Of a stretch of DNA of 64,000 bases, positions 37,530-46,142 are shown in pieces. This DNA comes from Candidatus Omnitrophota bacterium. Its GTDB lineage: Bacteria; Omnitrophota; Gorgyraeia; Pluralincolimonadales; Pluralincolimonadaceae. The stretch is from the NCBI GenBank assembly GCA_003141835.1, contig PLNR01000004.1, positions 13,943-77,942 of the forward strand, read 5' to 3'. The position numbers and the translations under genes are program-made. Below the pieces are notes generated by a model. The model worked only from the letters and a program-made list of their open reading frames with translations. It did not search any database and had not been told where the DNA came from. Numbering within the stretch: position 1 is the first letter of the stretch; each line of letters opens with the position of its first letter.

Positions 37530-38491
37530 CGCGAACTCTTCACGTAAGGATACGGCGCGAACTTTATCTGCAGGTAAGATTTTTTAATTTCGGCGAAACC
37601 TGTGATGTCACCGGCAGGCGCGTTCGGGTTATAGCTTGAAAGCTCCGTCTCCTGGGTATTCTGGTCGGGGCTGGCCAGGTCATAATAATCCGGGTCTACC
37701 CCGTCTTCGGCGGTAGTGGCCTCGCCGCCGCCGCCGTGCCAGTCTTCCGCGGTCTTATATATCTCCCTGGCGTGTTCCTTATCTTCGAGGCCGCAGGCTA
37801 CGACGAATCTCCATATCTTCCCGGCGGGATTACCTATTATGCTTTGCGGCACCTGGATCTCGATGGCGCACATATTGGAATCTTTTATCTTGAAACCGGG
37901 CGTATCGGCCTTTTCGCCTACGGCTTTAGCGACAAGGTTTCCCTTACCGTCCCACATCCTTCCTTTATATGTGCCTGCTACCGATATCACGTAATCGGCC
38001 GCGAGCGCCTCAGAAACTCTCAGTTCACCGAACGTCCCTGTATCCGCGTTCAAGATACTCATATCGCCCTGCTGTATGACCCTCATGCCCCTCCTGCCTC
38101 CGCCTGCGCCATCCGTATCTATGGCAATGACGCGATAAGGGGACCACCAATCGCCTGGCATGGCAGTCTTGACCAGGAAATAGACGTTCCTGCTATCCCA
38201 CGTGACCCTGAACTCTTCCAGGTCGGCCGCCCTCGCGAAAGCCGGGGTCTTTGGATAAGTATATTTTCCGTTGCCGGTATCATCGCCGGATGCGTCTTTC
38301 CAGATGAATTCGCCTTTGCTTATTACACCGGCATCCGGCTTGGTGGGCGCGATCCCAACCCAATCCGCCACCGAACCGTCCACCCTTATCGAATGGCCGG
38401 ATAGGGGCCCGTACGTATCTCCCGCATCAGCGGGAGAGCAGAGCAGGAAAAAAGACGCCAGCGCCAGGTAAAAAACCGGCTCCTTCACCAT
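37526..38491 (-). CDS. Exported glucodextranase DOMON-like domain protein (paralog 3)
   Basis: Signal peptide; WKDASGDDTGNGKYTYP...DL.EFRVT; start at ATG 38491 with AAGGAGGGG SD. Confidence 0.8.
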   Translation of the reverse strand: MVKEPVFYLALASFFLLCSPADAGDTYGPLSGHSIRVDGSVADWVGIAPTKPDAGVISKGEFIWKDASGDDTGNGKYTYPKTPAFARAADLEEFRVTWDSRNVYFLVKTAMPGDWWSPYRVIAIDTDGAGGGRRGMRVIQQGDMSILNADTGTFGELRVSEALAADYVISVAGTYKGRMWDGKGNLVAKAVGEKADTPGFKIKDSNMCAIEIQVPQSIIGNPAGKIWRFVVACGLEDKEHAREIYKTAEDWHGGGGEATTAEDGVDPDYYDLASPDQNTQETELSSYNPNAPAGDITGFAEIKKSYLQIKFAPYPYVKSSR

Positions 38492-39443
38492 CTTCACCCC
38501 TCCTTGACAATTTACCGGGTCCCTCATACCTGAAATCGATCTTCAGGAACGATTTCTCTATAACTGCAAATCCGTCGGGAAGCCCGAACGGCGCATTCGG
38601 GTTATAGCTACCAATCTCTTTTTCCTGCGTCTCTTTATCGGCGCCGGCCAGGTCATAGACATACGGATTGGAGTTGTTCGGCGCACCGCCTCCTCCGTTC
38701 CATTCGCTCGCGTCTACGTCTATCTTGCGCGCGACATCAAAATCCTGCTGGCCTACCGCGACGATGACATCCCATACCTGCCCGGCCGGACTGCCGCCTA
38801 TAAGTTCGAGCGGTATACCCACTTCGACCGAATTCCAATTGGTGCCTTCTACCTTGAAACCGGGAGTGTCCTTTTTGTCTCCCTCCTTGCGGGCGACAAG
38901 GCCGCCTTTCTCATCCCAGATCCTGCCCTTGTAGGCGGATGACGAAATAGCTATCACATATTGGCAGGCTAATTCGGGCGAGACTTTCAGGTTGGCGCAT
39001 ACGCCTTTATCGAAATTCGGTTCGTTTACATCGCCCTGGGCCAACACGGTCATTCCGCCGGCCGCACCTTCTTTATGTATCCCCACTATCCTTAAGGGGG
39101 TCCAGAACTCACCGGGCCGGTCGCATTTTATCATCAGGTACAGGTTCTTATCGTCATATGTAAGCCTGACCTCCCTTATATCGCATCCCCCTTTCAGGGC
39201 TTTGTTGAGGGGATAGGCATACTTCCCGTTTCCGGTGTCATCGCCTTTGGCGTCTTCCCAGATGTATTCCCCGTTGCTTATCGTCCAGGTGTTGGGCTCA
39301 GCGGGAGCTATCCCGGTCCAGTCGTTGGTCGCGCCGTCAACTTTGATCGGGTGGCCGGTAAAAGCGCCGGCCACCCGTTGATCCATAAAGATAATGCTCA
39401 TAGCTGCAAACATATAAAAAAGAAAGTGCACTTTCCTTTTCAT
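38427..39443 (-). CDS. Exported glucodextranase DOMON-like domain protein (paralog 2)
   Basis: Signal peptide; WEDAKGDDTGNGKYAYP; C-terminus overlaps the next gene by 65 nt. Confidence 0.8.
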   Translation of the reverse strand: MKRKVHFLFYMFAAMSIIFMDQRVAGAFTGHPIKVDGATNDWTGIAPAEPNTWTISNGEYIWEDAKGDDTGNGKYAYPLNKALKGGCDIREVRLTYDDKNLYLMIKCDRPGEFWTPLRIVGIHKEGAAGGMTVLAQGDVNEPNFDKGVCANLKVSPELACQYVIAISSSAYKGRIWDEKGGLVARKEGDKKDTPGFKVEGTNWNSVEVGIPLELIGGSPAGQVWDVIVAVGQQDFDVARKIDVDASEWNGGGGAPNNSNPYVYDLAGADKETQEKEIGSYNPNAPFGLPDGFAVIEKSFLKIDFRYEGPGKLSRRGEDGEGAGFLPGAGVFFPALLSR

Positions 39444-39475
39444 ATGCCGCCCTTTCTATTTAAAACTAACGGGAC

Positions 39476-40456
39476 TTATTTTGTTCCGAAATTAACGGTC
39501 AGGAACGACTTCTCTATCGTAGCGAACCCTTTCGGATCGCCCTCTTGCGCGTTAGGGTCATAGCTGCCGAGCTCTTTCTCCTGCGTAGCCTTGTCAGCGC
39601 CTGCCAGGTCATAGACGCTCGGGTTTTCCGCGTTCTCGGCCCCGCCGCCGCCGTGATACTGGCTCTGCTCGACCTCGACCCTACGGGCGACATCGTTATC
39701 CTGCTGGCCCGTCGCTACAATGAATTTCCATGTCTGTCCTGCAGGGCTTCCGCCGATAAGACTTAACGGGATAGCTATCTCGACAGAGTTCCAATTAAAG
39801 TCAGCGACCTTGAACCCGGGTGTATCATCCGGCTGCGCCTCATTACGGCCTATCATCTTGCCCTTCTCGTCCCATATGCGGCCCTTGTAAGTAGACGAAA
39901 CAGCTACGGCATACTGGCAGGCCAGCGCCGGGGCGAGCTTCAAATTGGCGAAAGTGCCCGAATCAAAATTAAATTCATCCTTATCACCCTGCGCCAGGAG
40001 CTGCGCGCCGCCGGCCGCGCCTTCCTTGTGGATCCCTATTATCTTGTATCCGGTCCACCAGTCTCCGGGCCTGTCGGTCTTTATCAGCATATAAAGGTTA
40101 TCTTTATCGAACGTCACCCTGAACTCTTTCAGGTCCCCGCCTTTCTTGAGCGCCTTGTCCAGGGGATAAGTATATTTTCCGTTACCGGTATCATCGCCGG
40201 AAGCATCCTTCCAGATATATTCGCCGTTGCTCACCGCGGCCGAGTTCTCCTGTTCCGGAGCTACGCCGGTCCAATCTTTTATATTCTTGTCGACCGCAAT
40301 AGTATGCCCGGTAACCGGGACCTTGCCCGCCTCATCTACCGTCAGGCCTTTTGCGACCGTAGCCGCGGGCGCGTTGGGATCATTAACTATGCCGTCGGCG
40401 AAACATATGCTTGAAAAGACCAACAGTACCGCTAAAAATAACGCCACTCTGCCCAT
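39476..40456 (-). CDS. Exported glucodextranase DOMON-like domain protein (paralog 1)
   Basis: Signal peptide; WKDASGDDTGNGKYTYP; AAGGAGG SD. Confidence 0.8.
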   Translation of the reverse strand: MGRVALFLAVLLVFSSICFADGIVNDPNAPAATVAKGLTVDEAGKVPVTGHTIAVDKNIKDWTGVAPEQENSAAVSNGEYIWKDASGDDTGNGKYTYPLDKALKKGGDLKEFRVTFDKDNLYMLIKTDRPGDWWTGYKIIGIHKEGAAGGAQLLAQGDKDEFNFDSGTFANLKLAPALACQYAVAVSSTYKGRIWDEKGKMIGRNEAQPDDTPGFKVADFNWNSVEIAIPLSLIGGSPAGQTWKFIVATGQQDNDVARRVEVEQSQYHGGGGAENAENPSVYDLAGADKATQEKELGSYDPNAQEGDPKGFATIEKSFLTVNFGTK

Positions 40457-40486
40457 TTTACCATACCTCCTTTTTCTTCGGTTAAA

Positions 40487-43400
40487 CTACTTCTTCCCTT
40501 GCGGGGAGTCAATATTTTCAAGGGACTTCGTCGTCGCCTCGTCGCTGAACGTAACGACCAGATACGACCTGTTTATAACCGCAAATGTATCGGGATCACC
40601 GGAGTCGCCGTCCTTCTTGTAGCTGTTCAACTCGTATTCCTGCGTCTTCTTATCCGGGCTTGCCAGATCATAAATAAAGGGGGCGTTTGCGTCGCCTCCT
40701 CCTCCGTGCCACTCGGACGCGTCCCTGTCTACTTTCCTTAAAACACCGTTATCCTGCAAGCCTGTTCCCACGATAAACCTCCAGGTCTGGCCGGCCGGGC
40801 TCCCGCCTATGAGCTTTAACGGGATCGCCACCTCGACCGAGTTCCAGCTGGCATCGTCGACCATAAATCCGGGTGTATCGTTACTATCGCCTTCTTTGCG
40901 GGCAATTAGGCTGCCTTTCGCGTCCCATATTCGGCCTTTGTAGGAATTGGATATCCCTATAACGTACTCACACGCCAGCTCCGGGGAGACCCTGATATTG
41001 CCGTAGCATCCGGTGTCCTGGTCCCCGTCGCCCTGCGCCAATACCTGCGTGCCGCCCTTGCCGCCTTTAGCGCCGTCCTGGTCTATGCCTATTAACCTGT
41101 AAGGCGTCCAGAAATCACCGGGCCGGTCGCATTTTATCATCAGGTAGAGGTTCTCGTTGTCCCATGTGACCCTGAACTCTTTCAGGTCTGCGCCTTTTGC
41201 GAGCGCCTTATTCGTAGGATAAACATAATGCCCGTTGCCTGTATCGTCACCGGAAGTGTCTTTCCAGATATACTCGCCGCCGCTGACCGTCGCGGTATTC
41301 TCCTGGTCCGGCGCGGCGCCTATCCAGTCCCTGGTGTTCTTGTCGACCTTTATCGTATGGCCCTTGACCGGCTCGGCTATCATTATCTTGACGGTATCGG
41401 CCGTTATCTTGACCGTATCAATCGTGACCCCGCCGCCCTTCTCGTCCTCCCTGACCGTCAGCGTATGGCCCGAGCCGGGCTTGTATCCTTCATCTATCTT
41501 CCACTCGGCCGTATAGAGGCCCATGTTCGGCGACATCTCCATGAACTTGCCGTTATCTATGGAATATTCGACCTTATCGATCTCCTTGTTCGCCCTCGGC
41601 TCGACCATGAGCGTCGCCATCTTGTATATGCTTGCGCCGTCGAACGGGAATACTATGGTGACTTTATTTACGACCCTCACATCTATGCTCTTTATATTTA
41701 TCTGGCCTATCTTATCGGTCGCCTTTACGTCTATCGTATGGTTTATCCCCGCCACTTTTGCCGTATCCCATTCTGCGGTATAGGTCCCTTCGGCAGACGG
41801 CGACATCGGCATCCAATCTCCCCGGTCCAGGGAATAATCAATCTTCGCGATATTCTCCTGCTTGTCCTCAGCGGCGATCTTTACGACGCCGCCCACCGAT
41901 GAGTTGGCCCCGGGCTCTATTATAGAAGGTTCAGGCAACGGGACGTTCGAGACCTCGCCCTCAAGGGTGATCGCAAATATGTTAAGCCTCTTGTCCGCGG
42001 GAAGGGTGACCGAAGAGAGGATCTTGCTCTTATCCGGCTCGAGCGTCTGCATGTAAAGTGCAACGCCCGGTTTCCTGTCTGCGGCAGTTTCATGATGGTG
42101 CGTCGTCATCACTGCGATCTCCTCGCCGTAGACGGGATTGCCGCCCCACCAGTCAGAAAATCCTGCGACGGCCTTCGTCGAGGTCCCGTCGGTATAATTT
42201 AACATGAACGTCTCTTTCGATCCGCCGTCATGCCTTGCGGCGAGGATATGCACTTTCGTATAATACCCGGGCTGGAAAGTTATTTTCTGCTTCCCGGCTT
42301 CCAATGTGTTCTTTCCTCCGTCGGCCTTGTCGCCGAATTTGAATTTTACCTTAGAGGTGCCGTTAAATATGAACTCGGAGTTCGAGTCCGGGAGTTCTTC
42401 GGCCGGAAAGTCATAACCTGTCCCGTCGTTGCGGTTGGTGTTCCAGGAGATCCAGTCGTGGTCTAACGGCAACTCCGCGTATTTTCCCGGCTTATTATCG
42501 ATTGTAATATTAGCCTTCGCCTCGGCGGCCTGGCCGCCCGTGTCGGTCGCAATAAATTTAATATCATGCGTAGAGCCGTCGGGAAGCTGCGAGGCATCCA
42601 ATACCGCCTGGTAGATCCCTTCGCCTATGCTTTCCATCTGCTTGGGCTCTCCCCCGTCGACGGTATAAGTGACCGAGGCGATGCCCCTGTCATCGGCCGC
42701 TATGGCCTTCAGCGGGACCTTGCCCATGACTGCGTCATTATCTTTAAGGCCGGCCGTAATAACCGGCGGTTCATCTATATTATCTATGTTTACCCGGACC
42801 GAATCGGAGACATAATAACCTTTCTTGGCTGTCACTCGCACGACAAGCGTATTCTTGCCTTCCGGCAGCTTTGCCGTATCCAATTCCATCTGGTAAAGGT
42901 CTTTCTTCTGGGAGAGCCGGCCGAAGGACTTTCCTTCGACGATCAGCTCCACCGCCTCGACTTTATCCTTCCCTCTTACCTCGGCGGATATAATGGCCTT
43001 CCCCTGCAAGGCCGCTTCTTCTTTAGGCTCTTTGAGCTCGACGGAGAGGTCGCCTAAAAGCGAGGCATATTGCCGCTGCAATTGGAAATATACCGGCTTC
43101 TTGAATTTCCTGTCGATCGTCATCGTGCCCATGATCTCGGGCTCGACTATCATCGTGTGCCAATCCGCTATAGTCCACCATGTCGCGCCGGCGACGAACG
43201 GGAATTCCTTGAAAGCGTTGAAAGTGTCTTTCGCAACCTCGACCTGCGCCGCCTCCTGAGGGGTGTCCCCGTAACGGCCCCAGACGCCGTACTCGGTGGA
43301 TATCACCGGCTTGTCAGGGAATGCCTCATGTGTCTTCTTTAGCGCTTCCTTCGTATCGGCAAAATACGAATTGCCGTAGAATATCCCGTAATAAGTGGTA

Positions 43401-45055
43401 AATCCTATGATATCGCATTGGTTCTGGGTGGCATCGGTGGGATCGCTTCCTGAAGCCGACTGGGCGACAAGCCTGGTCCCGTCTACTTTATAAGCATTCT
43501 CACGCAGGTCTTTGATGAAAGCCGCCCTCTCCGACTGCCAGCTGCATTCGTTGCACGCGCTCCAGACTATGATCGACGGCCTGTTGAAATCCCGGTATAT
43601 CATCTCGAGCCACATCTGCCTTCCGATACCACGGACGTTCTTCTGGATGAGGAACTCCGGCCCGGTGAACCAGAACATCGGGATCTCTTCCCATACGAGG
43701 AGCCCCATCCTGTCTGCGATCGTATATGTCTGCTGCTGGTTTGGATAATGGGCCGTCCTTACGAAATTCGCGTTGGCGTCTTTTATCGACTTGAAATCCG
43801 CGATGACCGCGGCCGGGCCGTAGACCAACGGGCCGGGCTCGCCGTAGAAAACTTCATGGCGGGCGATACCGCGGAGGAATGTCTCTTTTCCGTTCAGGAG
43901 CAGTTTCGCGTTGGCCTTATCGACGCTTATCTCCCTGGCGCCGAACTGCGTATAGAACTCGCCGAATTTCGCCTTTTTATCCCCGAGGTTCACCTGCAGC
44001 ACGTAAAGGTTCGGAGCCTCAGGCGACCAGGCTTTAAGCCCGCTCGATTTCAGCGAGAACCTGAACGCCTTAGCCTCGCCGGCCTTCAAGGATATCTGCC
44101 TTGAGGTCTCGCCCTGTACGGAAACTGTCCTGCCTGTCGCTATCTTCTTTGGCGACGCTTCCTCTAGATTATTTTCTTTTATATTGGCCTGGACGATCCT
44201 GAGGGCAAGTGACGTATTGACCTCGGCGTCACTCCGGTTATAGGCGGTAACGTCTACGGTCACTTCGACCGTCAGCTCGGAATCCTCTCCATTGACCGGC
44301 TTTGCTTTTACGTCGGCACGGACAACAGAGACCTGCGGCGATATCTCCAGATATACGTTCCTGGTTATCCCGCCGTAATTCCACCAGTCTCCGGTAACAT
44401 ACGGCACCGTATTATGGCTATTGGTCGCGAGCGCCTCCGGAGAGGTGTCGCCGTTGGGAAGCCACGGGATATTATCGACGCGGACGGCTATGACATTGTC
44501 CTGCCCGTAATTAAGGTACTGGCTTACATCGAAAGCGAACGGCGTATAGCCGCCTTCGTGGCAGCCTATCCATTTTCCGTTGATCCAGACATCCGTAAAA
44601 TAGTTCGCGGCCTCGAACATGAGTTTGACATATTTGCCGGCCGCATCAGCCGGGACCGTGAAATGCCGCCTGTACCATGCCCCGTCCATATACCTGTCAG
44701 GCGCAGGGTCCTCGACGCCCGGTATAGTCTTCTCTTTCCACACGCTGTCGTCGTAATCGGCCTTATACCTGCCCGCGCTTTCCTGCTCGAGGAGTTTTAA
44801 GGCCTCCGGCGTCCTACTGTAAAGAGTAAGCTTGTGGTCGACACCCTGCCGCTCGGACCTCCAGGCGCCGTTCAATTCTATGTACGGACGCTCCTGTCTC
44901 TCCCACGACGGGAAAGGTATCCCGTTCTGGAACGGCACGTTCAGGCCGTCTATCTCTTTCACTTCGAACGTCGGGGGCTGGGTCACGGGCTCCCCGAATG
45001 CGCACGGCAACAGGAATACTGCAATAATAATATAAAAAAGGGATTTTTTCAGCAT
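40487..45055 (-). CDS. Exported multidomain GH2 glycoside hydrolase with Ig-like repeats and C-terminal DOMON-like domain
   Basis: WYRRHF, HEGGYTPF, DWWNYGGI.R, RTAHYP, WSACNE (acid/base), TEYG (nucleophile), several Big-like repeats, WKDTSGDDTGNGHYVYP tail. Confidence 0.88.
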   Translation of the reverse strand: MLKKSLFYIIIAVFLLPCAFGEPVTQPPTFEVKEIDGLNVPFQNGIPFPSWERQERPYIELNGAWRSERQGVDHKLTLYSRTPEALKLLEQESAGRYKADYDDSVWKEKTIPGVEDPAPDRYMDGAWYRRHFTVPADAAGKYVKLMFEAANYFTDVWINGKWIGCHEGGYTPFAFDVSQYLNYGQDNVIAVRVDNIPWLPNGDTSPEALATNSHNTVPYVTGDWWNYGGITRNVYLEISPQVSVVRADVKAKPVNGEDSELTVEVTVDVTAYNRSDAEVNTSLALRIVQANIKENNLEEASPKKIATGRTVSVQGETSRQISLKAGEAKAFRFSLKSSGLKAWSPEAPNLYVLQVNLGDKKAKFGEFYTQFGAREISVDKANAKLLLNGKETFLRGIARHEVFYGEPGPLVYGPAAVIADFKSIKDANANFVRTAHYPNQQQTYTIADRMGLLVWEEIPMFWFTGPEFLIQKNVRGIGRQMWLEMIYRDFNRPSIIVWSACNECSWQSERAAFIKDLRENAYKVDGTRLVAQSASGSDPTDATQNQCDIIGFTTYYGIFYGNSYFADTKEALKKTHEAFPDKPVISTEYGVWGRYGDTPQEAAQVEVAKDTFNAFKEFPFVAGATWWTIADWHTMIVEPEIMGTMTIDRKFKKPVYFQLQRQYASLLGDLSVELKEPKEEAALQGKAIISAEVRGKDKVEAVELIVEGKSFGRLSQKKDLYQMELDTAKLPEGKNTLVVRVTAKKGYYVSDSVRVNIDNIDEPPVITAGLKDNDAVMGKVPLKAIAADDRGIASVTYTVDGGEPKQMESIGEGIYQAVLDASQLPDGSTHDIKFIATDTGGQAAEAKANITIDNKPGKYAELPLDHDWISWNTNRNDGTGYDFPAEELPDSNSEFIFNGTSKVKFKFGDKADGGKNTLEAGKQKITFQPGYYTKVHILAARHDGGSKETFMLNYTDGTSTKAVAGFSDWWGGNPVYGEEIAVMTTHHHETAADRKPGVALYMQTLEPDKSKILSSVTLPADKRLNIFAITLEGEVSNVPLPEPSIIEPGANSSVGGVVKIAAEDKQENIAKIDYSLDRGDWMPMSPSAEGTYTAEWDTAKVAGINHTIDVKATDKIGQINIKSIDVRVVNKVTIVFPFDGASIYKMATLMVEPRANKEIDKVEYSIDNGKFMEMSPNMGLYTAEWKIDEGYKPGSGHTLTVREDEKGGGVTIDTVKITADTVKIMIAEPVKGHTIKVDKNTRDWIGAAPDQENTATVSGGEYIWKDTSGDDTGNGHYVYPTNKALAKGADLKEFRVTWDNENLYLMIKCDRPGDFWTPYRLIGIDQDGAKGGKGGTQVLAQGDGDQDTGCYGNIRVSPELACEYVIGISNSYKGRIWDAKGSLIARKEGDSNDTPGFMVDDASWNSVEVAIPLKLIGGSPAGQTWRFIVGTGLQDNGVLRKVDRDASEWHGGGGDANAPFIYDLASPDKKTQEYELNSYKKDGDSGDPDTFAVINRSYLVVTFSDEATTKSLENIDSPQGKK

Positions 45056-46074
45056 GATTGTCTTATTATGAGCTCGGGTTTTAATACGGCTAACTGGGGT
45101 TCAAAATTCTCATCATTCATGGAGCGGACGGCAAGGTCAACCGCTTTCTCTCCCATCTCCTGCAGGGGCTGCCTTATCGTCGTCAGCGCGGGCTCCACAT
45201 AGGCGGCCTCAAGCGTATTATCGAATCCGATAAGCGCGATGTCCTTAGGTATAGATATGCCCTGCGCCTTCATCGCGCGCATAGCGCCGATAGCCATATA
45301 ATCGCTCGCGGCAAATATCGCCGTGGGCCGCTTCTTTAAGCCCAGGAGTTTCGGCGCTTCCCTCTCACCGCTCTCGAACGTGAAATCCCCCTGGACGATG
45401 AGGTCTCTATCCTGGTCAAATCCCATCTTCTTTGAGAGGGCCTTGAACGCTTGCAGCCTTTCCGGACCGTCGGATGAGTTCGGATGCCCGCTTATATACC
45501 CGACGCGCTTGTGGCCTCGTTCGGCCAGGTATTCCAGGGCCAGCCTGACGCCTTCGAAATTGTCGACGCAGACCGCGTTGACCTTTTCCTTACCTACATA
45601 TTTGGTCACGATAGAGAAGGCGATCCCGTTCTTCCTCAGGTCCTCGATATCCTTTGATATGTCCCTGGTATAATCGACATTCATTATAACCATTACGTCG
45701 ATAAGCCATTTACGGGATATCTGGTAATACGATTCGCCTTTCGTCTGGTCGAGGCTGAAGAACATGAGCGCCCTGTCATATTTCTTGCAGGCGTTCTGGA
45801 TACCCTCGATCATCATAAGGAAGTAAGTTATGGTGAAGAAATGCGGGTTCTCCGGGAAGACCACCCCCACGGTGGATGACCTCTTGCTGATGAGGCTGCG
45901 CGCGACCATATTGGGCATATAGCCCATCTCGTTGGAAATCTTTAAGATACGTTCACGCAGCTTAGGCGACACGTGTTCACGGTCGTTCATAACAAGAGAG
46001 ACCGTAGAGTGCGCGACTCCCGCCCGTTTTGCCACGTCTTTTATGGTTACGCTGGCTTTATCGAAACGTTTCAT
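45049..46074 (-). CDS. LacI family transcriptional regulator
   Basis: TIKDVAKRAGVAHSTVSLVMN HTH, Y.PN..ARSL hinge, LTTIRQP. Confidence 0.96.
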   Translation of the reverse strand: MKRFDKASVTIKDVAKRAGVAHSTVSLVMNDREHVSPKLRERILKISNEMGYMPNMVARSLISKRSSTVGVVFPENPHFFTITYFLMMIEGIQNACKKYDRALMFFSLDQTKGESYYQISRKWLIDVMVIMNVDYTRDISKDIEDLRKNGIAFSIVTKYVGKEKVNAVCVDNFEGVRLALEYLAERGHKRVGYISGHPNSSDGPERLQAFKALSKKMGFDQDRDLIVQGDFTFESGEREAPKLLGLKKRPTAIFAASDYMAIGAMRAMKAQGISIPKDIALIGFDNTLEAAYVEPALTTIRQPLQEMGEKAVDLAVRSMNDENFEPQLAVLKPELIIRQSC

Positions 46075-46075
46075 A
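46061..46075. promoter_or_regulatory. LacI-type operator overlapping the lacI start codon
   Basis: Palindrome GAAACGTTTC (46063-46072) with central AACGTT. Confidence 0.65.
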
Positions 46076-46097
46076 GGTTAACTGACCTCCAGAAGAA

Positions 46098-46126
46098 AGG
46101 TTACCATATGAACCATACTTTGTCAA
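46098..46126 (-). promoter_or_regulatory. Sigma70 promoter for lacI-GH2-DOMON-GH161 block
   Basis: Minus TTGACA-N17-TAACCT with TG extension. Confidence 0.65.
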
Positions 46127-46142
46127 TGTGACCGCCAACGCC

